Source: a virus (taxonomy: Duplodnaviria > Caudoviricetes). Taken from it: a stretch of 64,000 nt of DNA. Under the pieces are notes generated by a model. The model saw only the letters and a program-made list of their open reading frames with translations. It was not told the origin of the DNA and searched no databases. Positions 8,993 through 16,739 of the stretch are shown here, in pieces; within the stretch, counting starts at the first letter, position 1; every line of letters starts with the position of its first letter. The stretch lies in the IMG/VR virus record IMGVR_UViG_3300038520_001354, positions 1 to 64,000 of that record; one strand, given 5' to 3'. A program made the translations under genes and the position numbers.

Positions 8993-11455
8993 ATGGTTGA
9001 GTTAACAGAAGAACAAATAGGAATGCTTAACCTATCTCCAGAAAAAATTAATGATTTGGCTACTGCTAATCCTCTTCAACGAAAAAGCACCACTAATAAA
9101 ATTATTAGAACTTTAGAAGATAAGTTAAGAGATAAAGCAAGAGGCTCTTCTAATCAAAAAGAAGAACTTAAAAAGATTCCTGACATAATATCTGCTGCAA
9201 AAAAGTATATTAAAGACCAAATAAAAACAGGCGGAAGAGTTGCGAGAGATACCCAAGCCGCATTTGATACCTTTTTGCGACCTTTAACAGATATGAATTT
9301 GTATGTTGATGGCAATAAAATTAATGAAAGTTATTTATATAATCAATCAATTACAGGTAAAATTCAGATTAGAAATCCTAAGCCTGAAAATATGAAAGAT
9401 AAACAGGTCATGGCAGCATACGAAGCAGAAGCAACGCCACAAGCATTTAAGGATAATTATGATAAAATTCAACAAACTTTATCTGATATGATGAATGTTA
9501 GTGAATATAAGAAGGTAAGCGATATACCTATAAATAAGTTCTTAGGTGCAATTGATGTATCTAAAGCAACTAATAGAATAGAAGTCTATAATTATTGGGC
9601 AGAGATAGGAAATAAATATAATGAATTTGCTGATGCCTTAACTGATTTCTTTGTAGCAGTTGAAAAAATTAATTGGGAACCAGAAGTTAAAAAGGATTTT
9701 GATAAACTATATAGAGATGTAGCAACTGTTAATTTAGAATATATTGCTATCTTTGAAAATATTCCGAAGAATTTTGAATCAGCCCACCTTAGATTTTTTA
9801 ATTTAATTGCCGGAAGATTAGCAACAGAAAGATTACTTTCTATGGAAGATGAAGGAGTATCTTACGCTGATGACCCTGTTGAATATGCTGATGTTAATTC
9901 AGCATTAGCAGAAGAATTACAGTCAGAAGTAGCAGCATCTAGCAGCACACAAGGAGATACAATTGACCCCCGACAATGGGAAGAAATGCTTGATACTCAA
10001 GTTTCTTGGGATGAAACAATAATAGAAATTTTAGGTAATGCCGACCCTTTGTTAATTTATGAATATAACAAAGGTGATAAGTTATTAGGTATTAATGACG
10101 AAATGGAGGCGGCTCTTTTAGATGTTCTTCAAAATATTGAAGAAGAATTAGATGAAGGTCAAGGAGTTACTTTAGATACTAGAACTAACATTGAAGAATG
10201 GTTAGAACAATTAGAAGATACTAACATTCTTGAAGAAGGTGATGTGGATATAATGGCGTTACCTATTTCTGTTATGATGAATAAAGACTTTGCTGATATG
10301 TATGGAGGAAAAGATAATAAATTCACTTCAGTTGATGAAAAAGAAGATATAAGTTCTGATAATTTAGATGCTATTAAAAACTTCTTTAATGACTTATATC
10401 TTTTACTTATTAGTGAACCATTTAGAATGGAAGTCGAAGCAAGAAGCACTAAAGGAAGAAGAAGGGGTAGTGTTCAAGAGTTTAGAGAAGCAGCAGGGAC
10501 TTCTATGGAAGGATTAACAGGTGGTGCAAAAATTCCTATCTCTATGAATCAAGCAGGAGAATTAAGGGGAGAATTACAGCCATTTAAAGAAGAATTACAA
10601 AAGATGATGGATTTGGCAATTCAATATTATTTTGACCCTATTTACAGTGGCCGCCTACCAATTGAAATCCCTAACTTTGCGTCAAGTATTGGTTCAAAGG
10701 TTATGCAGGTATTAAGTTTAGATTTGGGATTAGAAACTGTAATGTCTGCTTCTTACGATACTCTTATGGAAGGTTCAGTCGAAGAAATTGATTCTGGAGA
10801 TATGAGAGCAATTGCTGATTTCTTAGAAAATATCTTTATGCCCGAAATAAAAATAGATGCTGATATTATTACTCAAGGTGAATTTGCTGCTGATGCACTA
10901 ACCGAAATATTTGGCCGTGAAGAAGCAAATAATGATTATGCTGCTGCTTTGATTTTTCACTTTATGGTTGAAACAGATGATTTAAGTCGTGGTAATAATG
11001 ATTTTAATGGACAAACTATTGCTGAAAGAGCAGAAAGATTTGAAGAAGATTTTAGAAATAGAAGGGCATTTCCTATATTCGCATTACCACATTGGTTAGA
11101 CCAAAATCAAGGTATTCTAACTAAAAAGAGTAGTGCTTCTAAAACACAATACAATAGATTAAAGGCTATCTTTGAGAATGCTCAAACTGATTTACCTGTT
11201 CTATTACATAAACTTTTGAAAGCCCATGATGCAGTTAGAAAGGAATTAGGTCTTGAAGTAGTATATGGGTTTGTTCCTCTTAATGAATACGGTATTGATA
11301 AAATGATTACTAAGATGCAGATTGATGAGAATATTGATTTAAGTTATCTTGAAGTTGAACAAATAGTAAAAGCAGTTGATTCTCACGATAGTATATCAAA
11401 AGAATATGGTATTAGTAAAGAACAAGTATATTTAATTAAAGCAAACTTTAGGTGA
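8993..11455 (+). CDS. Large acidic protein
   Basis: 820 aa, very D/E-rich; C-terminal LLKA, IVKA, LIKA motifs. Confidence 0.8.
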   Translation: MVELTEEQIGMLNLSPEKINDLATANPLQRKSTTNKIIRTLEDKLRDKARGSSNQKEELKKIPDIISAAKKYIKDQIKTGGRVARDTQAAFDTFLRPLTDMNLYVDGNKINESYLYNQSITGKIQIRNPKPENMKDKQVMAAYEAEATPQAFKDNYDKIQQTLSDMMNVSEYKKVSDIPINKFLGAIDVSKATNRIEVYNYWAEIGNKYNEFADALTDFFVAVEKINWEPEVKKDFDKLYRDVATVNLEYIAIFENIPKNFESAHLRFFNLIAGRLATERLLSMEDEGVSYADDPVEYADVNSALAEELQSEVAASSSTQGDTIDPRQWEEMLDTQVSWDETIIEILGNADPLLIYEYNKGDKLLGINDEMEAALLDVLQNIEEELDEGQGVTLDTRTNIEEWLEQLEDTNILEEGDVDIMALPISVMMNKDFADMYGGKDNKFTSVDEKEDISSDNLDAIKNFFNDLYLLLISEPFRMEVEARSTKGRRRGSVQEFREAAGTSMEGLTGGAKIPISMNQAGELRGELQPFKEELQKMMDLAIQYYFDPIYSGRLPIEIPNFASSIGSKVMQVLSLDLGLETVMSASYDTLMEGSVEEIDSGDMRAIADFLENIFMPEIKIDADIITQGEFAADALTEIFGREEANNDYAAALIFHFMVETDDLSRGNNDFNGQTIAERAERFEEDFRNRRAFPIFALPHWLDQNQGILTKKSSASKTQYNRLKAIFENAQTDLPVLLHKLLKAHDAVRKELGLEVVYGFVPLNEYGIDKMITKMQIDENIDLSYLEVEQIVKAVDSHDSISKEYGISKEQVYLIKANFR

Positions 11456-11459
11456 TAAT

Positions 11460-11579
11460 ATGAAGTGGTGGAATTTTCTTAAAAAATTAACAAAGACCTG
11501 TCCTGTTTGTGGAACAGAAAACGAAAAGGATGCTAAAAAGTGTAAAAACTGTGGTGCAGATATTTCTGATGTGAAGTGA
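11460..11579 (+). CDS. 39-aa zinc-ribbon protein with leader (not in ORF track)
   Basis: MKWWNFLKKLTKTCPVCGTENEKDAKKCKNCGADISDVK; AGGTGA SD. Confidence 0.8.
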   Translation: MKWWNFLKKLTKTCPVCGTENEKDAKKCKNCGADISDVK

Positions 11580-11583
11580 TATT

Positions 11584-11787
11584 ATGAAGTGGGAAGAAGT
11601 ATTAAAGAAGAAAAAGAAATCAACCGTCAATCAATCAGGTAACTATACAAAACCCGGATTGCGTAAAAGAATTTTTAATAGAATCAAAGCGGGAACAAAA
11701 GGTGGTGCAGCCGGTCAATGGTCTGCAAGAAAAGCACAAATGTTAGCGCAAGCGTATAAAAAGGCTGGTGGTGGCTATAAAAATTAA
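11584..11787 (+). CDS. Basic protein with leader; DUF5872-like N-terminal half
   Basis: MKWEEVLKK; YTKPGLRKRI..GGAAGQWSARKAQMLAQAYKKAGGGY, family recognised from memory. Confidence 0.75.
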   Translation: MKWEEVLKKKKKSTVNQSGNYTKPGLRKRIFNRIKAGTKGGAAGQWSARKAQMLAQAYKKAGGGYKN

Positions 11788-12052
11788 TTGGCGTGATATT
11801 CTCAAAGGTAAATCTAAAAGGCAACAAGATTTAACCCAATGGACAAATGAAGATTGGGGAAGTGCTGAACAACATAGAGCCAAAGATAAAGGTAAAAAGC
11901 CCAAGTCTAAAACTAAAGGAAGATATATGCCAAGAGCAACTTACAAAAGAACAGATAAAAAGACACTAAGATACCAAGACGCAAAGAAAAGAAAAGGTCG
12001 AAAAGCAGGAAAACAGCATGTTCCAACAGGAAAGAAATTTAGTCAGAAGTGA
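11783..12052 (+). CDS. Basic protein with leader; probable ATT start (GTG at 11768/11771 possible); resembles C-terminal half of DUF5872 proteins
   Basis: (I)NWRDILKG; QQDLTQWTNEDW..GRYMP..GKQHVP. Confidence 0.7.
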   Translation: MNWRDILKGKSKRQQDLTQWTNEDWGSAEQHRAKDKGKKPKSKTKGRYMPRATYKRTDKKTLRYQDAKKRKGRKAGKQHVPTGKKFSQK

Positions 12053-12056
12053 TACT

Positions 12057-12473
12057 ATGAATTGGAAAGATATTTTAAAAGCAGAAGAAAAAGCCCATTG
12101 TGGCTCAGAAAAAGCCGATGATGAGAAAGAAGAGTTTGAAAAGAAACTTATTGGTAATCAAAAGAGAATTGATGCTAATAAGGATGGTAAAATTACCGGA
12201 GAAGATTTCAAATTATTAAATAAAGGTAAAGATTCCACATTAACTGAAAAAACGAGGAAAGAACTAGAAAAGGCTACGCAAATGGTTCTTCGTGAAATTG
12301 AAAAAGAAGGCGGTGCTTTGGGTATGAAAAACCTAGATAAAATCTTTAGAGATAAACCTGAATTAGCAAAGAAGGTATTAACTAAACTAAAGAAAGAAGG
12401 TAAAATCTTTGTTCACCAAGATGGAGATATTTATACTCACAAACCAAGTCGAGGGAGAGGATTTACCGCATGA
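12057..12473 (+). CDS. Leader-tagged protein with EF-hand-like loop and C-terminal wHTH-like part
   Basis: MNWKDILKA; DANKDGKITGED loop. Confidence 0.75.
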   Translation: MNWKDILKAEEKAHCGSEKADDEKEEFEKKLIGNQKRIDANKDGKITGEDFKLLNKGKDSTLTEKTRKELEKATQMVLREIEKEGGALGMKNLDKIFRDKPELAKKVLTKLKKEGKIFVHQDGDIYTHKPSRGRGFTA

Positions 12474-12811
12474 GTTGGAAAAATCTCCTAAAAGCAGACC
12501 CCAAAAAAGGAACAGGTAAAAAACCTAAAGGTTCTGCAAGGAGATTATATACAGACGAAAACCCAAAAGATACTGTTTCTGTTAGTTTTAAAACTCCAAA
12601 AGATGTAAGAGATACATTTTCAAGTTCAGCGTTTAAAGGTAAATCACATAAAAGACAATCACAAATTATTAACTTAGTTGAACAAAGAGCAAGAGTAGCG
12701 GCTAAAAGAGCAAAAGACCCAAAAGCAAAAAAGAGATTAAATGCTGCACATAAAGTCGCTTTAGCAAGAAAAGAATCAAGTAAAAGAAAAACACAGAGGA
12801 TGAAAAAATGA
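12470..12811 (+). CDS. Highly basic protein with leader
   Basis: MSWKNLLKA; K/R-rich. Confidence 0.8.
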   Translation: MSWKNLLKADPKKGTGKKPKGSARRLYTDENPKDTVSVSFKTPKDVRDTFSSSAFKGKSHKRQSQIINLVEQRARVAAKRAKDPKAKKRLNAAHKVALARKESSKRKTQRMKK

Positions 12812-13209
12812 GTTGGGAAATAATTTTAAAACAATTGGCTTGTCCTATGGCAACACAAGATTTGATGCTTAATACTAAAAATAGAGATGCCGCAGTTAAA
12901 AACCCTAACATTAGATATGGCCCACTTAATCTAGAAGATGAAGAATATTGGGAAGAATATGGTAAGAGATGGAATACTACTGCGGAAGTAGCAAAAAAAT
13001 CTAATTGTAGTAATTGTGTAGCATTTGACATTTCTCCTAGAATGGAGGATTGTATGCCTTTAGAATTAGATGATGATGGCAGATTAGGATATTGTTGGAT
13101 GCACGATTTCAAATGCCATTCTGCAAGAACCTGTTATACATGGGCTAAAGGCGGCCCGATTACTGATGATAAGAGGTCAAAAGAAAATCAAATGAGGAAG
13201 GAAAAATGA
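12808..13209 (+). CDS. Cys-rich metal-binding protein with leader
   Basis: MSWEIILKQ; CSNC, GYCWMH, KCHSARTC. Confidence 0.8.
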   Translation: MSWEIILKQLACPMATQDLMLNTKNRDAAVKNPNIRYGPLNLEDEEYWEEYGKRWNTTAEVAKKSNCSNCVAFDISPRMEDCMPLELDDDGRLGYCWMHDFKCHSARTCYTWAKGGPITDDKRSKENQMRKEK

Positions 13210-13496
13210 CTGAATGGCAAGAAATTTTGAAAAAGAAAAAGAAGCCATTCAAAGGCTACAATAAAAAAATTCACGCAAGAACGGGAGGATTAAGTGCTAA
13301 AGGTCGTGCTAAGTTTAAGCGTGAACAAGGTTCTAATCTAAAACCTCCCGTTACTACTAAACCTAGTAAATTGAAACCCGGAAGTAAAGCGGCTAAAAGG
13401 CGTAAATCTTTCTGTGCAAGGTCAAGAGGGTTTAAGCGTGATGATGGCACTTATAGTGAAAAAGCGAAAGCAGCAAGAAGAAGGTGGAATTGTTGA
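13206..13496 (+). CDS. Highly basic protein with leader (DUF6321-like, from memory)
   Basis: MTEWQEILKK; GGLSAKGRA..NLKPPV..RRKSFCAR..RRWNC. Confidence 0.7.
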   Translation: MTEWQEILKKKKKPFKGYNKKIHARTGGLSAKGRAKFKREQGSNLKPPVTTKPSKLKPGSKAAKRRKSFCARSRGFKRDDGTYSEKAKAARRRWNC

Positions 13497-13837
13497 TGAA
13501 TTGGAAAAAAGTATTGAAGTTTGATAGAGCAAAAAAACTGCCTTATGAGGAAGAACAGGCTCACATGCTAAGTCGGAGAGAAAAAAGAAGAAAAATGGGA
13601 TTACCGCCAACTAGACGGGATAGAATTTTGGGAACGGCAGGAACTCCAAGAAGTGAAAGGGTTCATAGAATGAAACCCGAAGATAGGCCAAAACCAAGAA
13701 AAAAAGACCCTTTTGATGAATTACCTGAACCAAAAACAGAACAGGAAAAAGCAATAAGAATGCTAATGTCACCTCATTCAAGAAGAAAGCCACCTAAAAT
13801 GGGAGATAGAGGCCGACAGGGATTTAGAGGTCATTGA
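13496..13837 (+). CDS. Basic low-complexity protein with leader
   Basis: MNWKKVLKF. Confidence 0.75.
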   Translation: MNWKKVLKFDRAKKLPYEEEQAHMLSRREKRRKMGLPPTRRDRILGTAGTPRSERVHRMKPEDRPKPRKKDPFDELPEPKTEQEKAIRMLMSPHSRRKPPKMGDRGRQGFRGH

Positions 13838-13838
13838 T

Positions 13839-14132
13839 ATGAATTGGAAAAATATTCTAAAGGCGCAAAGAAGCCTAATTGATTTTGGTCTTGAACCTAA
13901 AAGCACTAATCTTGCAGGAATGCAAAGAGATGAGGCTATGACTCAAGAAATCGCTCAAATGCGAAATAAACTACAACAGAATGTAGGAAGGATGAAAACA
14001 CAAATTAATCAAAAGACTGTTGACTTGGCTACTCATCGTTTAAATCAACTAAAAGAAATAGAATCAATGAGTTTTCCAGAAAATGTTGAAGCGTTTAAGA
14101 AATTCAAACAAGAATATTCAGTTAATTTCTGA
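13839..14132 (+). CDS. Leader-tagged protein with PIP-box-like motif
   Basis: MNWKNILKA-QRSLIDF. Confidence 0.8.
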   Translation: MNWKNILKAQRSLIDFGLEPKSTNLAGMQRDEAMTQEIAQMRNKLQQNVGRMKTQINQKTVDLATHRLNQLKEIESMSFPENVEAFKKFKQEYSVNF

Positions 14133-14141
14133 GGGATAATT

Positions 14142-14711
14142 ATGCCTAAAGTCTTGTCTGCCATATATTCATATGAAGATATGAAAGAAAAATGGTCGCA
14201 AGATAATCCTAATGATGCCCCTTATACTCGTAGGCCGGATTTAGAATCTGGTATTTATGAATTAGATAAATGGATTATTCGTGTAAATGATGAAGGAAAA
14301 ACAATTTCCACTGTTGGTTGGAAAGAACATCCTTCACATACAGTAGTAGGAGGAATGCTTGCTACCACTGAAGGGAAGAAAATAGGTCAAAATAATCGTG
14401 TATTAAACGATGCAAGAGAACCACAGTTAAACCAATCAAAACCTTTAGTTGCTGCTTTTGGATTTAGAGATGGAGATAATGCCCGTTGGATTGCTAAAGC
14501 AAAACAAAACGGTTGGAAATTTCCAGATGATTCTGAATTTGAACAAATGAAACAATTACTTCCTGAATCAGTTTTTAATGAATGGAATAGTGCATATCCT
14601 AATGGCAATTGGGCTATTCGTTCTATTCGTGGTGAAGGAGAAATGGCTAAATGTGTTTATCTTGACGACCCTATTCCCGATTGGTTTAATATGTTAAAAA
14701 GGAGGAATTAA
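14142..14711 (+). CDS. Possible GNAT-fold protein with C-terminal leader-like motif
   Basis: Pattern GKTISTVG..VVGGM..GKKIG..QNGW; ends DWFNMLKRRN. Confidence 0.45.
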   Translation: MPKVLSAIYSYEDMKEKWSQDNPNDAPYTRRPDLESGIYELDKWIIRVNDEGKTISTVGWKEHPSHTVVGGMLATTEGKKIGQNNRVLNDAREPQLNQSKPLVAAFGFRDGDNARWIAKAKQNGWKFPDDSEFEQMKQLLPESVFNEWNSAYPNGNWAIRSIRGEGEMAKCVYLDDPIPDWFNMLKRRN

Positions 14712-14712
14712 C

Positions 14713-15300
14713 ATTAAATCTTGGAAAAAAATTCTAAAGGTTTTGCCTCCTGAAGATTGGGATGATTACGGAGGATATACTGAAGTTGACGGAACTCATG
14801 TTCAATTTCCTCCTAAAAGAAAAGATTATGGAACTATTGCTGCAATAGTTAGAGGACATTATCAAGATAGAATAATTAATAACACCAATAATCATGGAAC
14901 TACTTCTCGAAATACAGATGAAATAGAAGGTTGGGTTCGATGTGTCATTAATTATCCAAGAGGAAAATATTTCTTTTATAGAAACGATAACCCTAATAGT
15001 TACTCTATTATTTTAGTTGATATTATTGTTCAAGGAGATAAATTACCTAATACTAAAGATAAAGTTTTAAATCAAAGTATTAAAAATGCAGATGGAGAAG
15101 TTATCACAAAGATGATTATATTTACAAACTATTTTAACAATAGAAGAGGTATAATACCACAAAGAAGATTTATTCCGTGTAATGGACAAAATTCATTAAA
15201 AAGATTAAATATGCCTAAACCCAAAAAAGAAAGAGAACCAACTAATATATTTTCTGTGAAACCTAATCTAAGAGGTTCAGCACGAAGGAGTCGAAGATAA
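14713..15300 (+). CDS. Hypothetical protein with leader; probable ATT start
   Basis: In-frame (I)KSWKKILKV upstream of the track's TTG at 14743; GGAGG at 14701; in-frame TAA at 14695. Confidence 0.7.
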   Translation: MKSWKKILKVLPPEDWDDYGGYTEVDGTHVQFPPKRKDYGTIAAIVRGHYQDRIINNTNNHGTTSRNTDEIEGWVRCVINYPRGKYFFYRNDNPNSYSIILVDIIVQGDKLPNTKDKVLNQSIKNADGEVITKMIIFTNYFNNRRGIIPQRRFIPCNGQNSLKRLNMPKPKKEREPTNIFSVKPNLRGSARRSRR

Positions 15301-16730
15301 TGGAAATAGAAGAATTTAATTTTGAACATCAGATGGATATGGAGTTATCTAAAAACTCTTTTCCATATTTTTTTCAAAATGTATTAGGATTTGATTTTCC
15401 CTCTTATATTCAAGAATGGCATGAATTAATGAATACTACTCAAAGAACTGTAATTATTTGTAGTCGTGACCACGGAAAATCAGTATTTATGCACTCATGG
15501 GTTGTATGGAAATTAATCTTTGAAGAACCTCCATATCAGATGCTTTATATTTCTTCTAACCAAAAACAGACTTTAGTTCACATGAGAGACATTGATAAAA
15601 TGTTTACTCATCCTATGTTAAAAAAGTTCAAACCTGCAAGGGGTTGGGCTATTGGAAACATTACATTGACAAATGGAAATCAAATCCTTGAAAGGTCGGT
15701 TGGTTCACAGATTCGTGGATTGCACCCTCAAGAGATTATTATTGATGACCCGCTAAAAGAATTTAGTATGACGGGTATTCAAAAAGTTACAGATTGGTTT
15801 TATGGTGACATGATACCAACACTTCACCACACGGCTTCATTGAGGGTAATAGGCACTCCATTCAGTTATACAGACATATACCAACAACTAGCGGAAAATG
15901 CTGCTTATACCGTTAGAACCTATCCTTGCCTCAATGCCCTCAATGAACCCCTATGGCCGGATAGATGGAATTATGATGCTTTAATGGCTCGTAAGGCTGA
16001 AGTCGGTTCTTTAATGTTTACAAGGGAATATATGTGTGTTCCTATATCAACAGGAACATCATTATTTAATCCTGAACATTTAGACAATGCCAAGAATAAA
16101 GATTTAGTATTAAAGCCTTTGAAAAGAGAAGGCTACAAATATTTTGTTGGTGTTGACCCTGCTATTTCAACTGATGGTGACTATAATGTAATTACCGTTA
16201 TCGAAATGGATGAAGAAGAAAACAAATCTATTGTCTATGTGGATAGGTCTAAGAATGTTCAGTTTAGAGAAAACATACAAAAGGTTAAGTTGATAGGACA
16301 ATTGTTTAGACCCGAAGTTATTCTCTTTGAAACAAATACATTTGCTAAATCATTTACTCAGGAACTTCGTCAAGTGGCAGATTTGAATGTTCACGACTTC
16401 GATACAACAAGAAGAAAGAAACAAGAAATTATTCTAAACTTACAAATGACTCTTGAGAATGGTAAAATGCACTTTCCTTATGGTAATGAAGAAAGTAGGA
16501 AAGTTAGTAGTATATTGATTGAAGAATTATCTATGTTTGCAATTACTGAAAGAGGAAAGTTTGAGGGAATAGGCGCACATGACGATATGGTGATGAGTCT
16601 TGCATTAGCAAATGCAGCCACATATCAGTCGTCAGAAACCTTCATACTTCTCGATGATTTGGGCTTGTTTGGTGATGAACCTAAAGATACAAAACGGCCA
16701 AATAGGTCACTCATAGGTTTGAATTTTTGA
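15300..16730 (+). CDS. terL: Terminase large subunit
   Basis: Walker A SRDHGKS, Walker B IIIDD, IGTP coupling motif, nuclease GVDPA and HDDMVMS. Confidence 0.95.
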   Translation: MEIEEFNFEHQMDMELSKNSFPYFFQNVLGFDFPSYIQEWHELMNTTQRTVIICSRDHGKSVFMHSWVVWKLIFEEPPYQMLYISSNQKQTLVHMRDIDKMFTHPMLKKFKPARGWAIGNITLTNGNQILERSVGSQIRGLHPQEIIIDDPLKEFSMTGIQKVTDWFYGDMIPTLHHTASLRVIGTPFSYTDIYQQLAENAAYTVRTYPCLNALNEPLWPDRWNYDALMARKAEVGSLMFTREYMCVPISTGTSLFNPEHLDNAKNKDLVLKPLKREGYKYFVGVDPAISTDGDYNVITVIEMDEEENKSIVYVDRSKNVQFRENIQKVKLIGQLFRPEVILFETNTFAKSFTQELRQVADLNVHDFDTTRRKKQEIILNLQMTLENGKMHFPYGNEESRKVSSILIEELSMFAITERGKFEGIGAHDDMVMSLALANAATYQSSETFILLDDLGLFGDEPKDTKRPNRSLIGLNF

Positions 16731-16739
16731 GGCGGTTAT

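Noticed and set aside
418-15300. Leader as a secretion signal peptide or an integron-like attC array
   Set aside because: Too short, with no hydrophobic core; genes overlap or abut without room for attC sites and no integrase is seen
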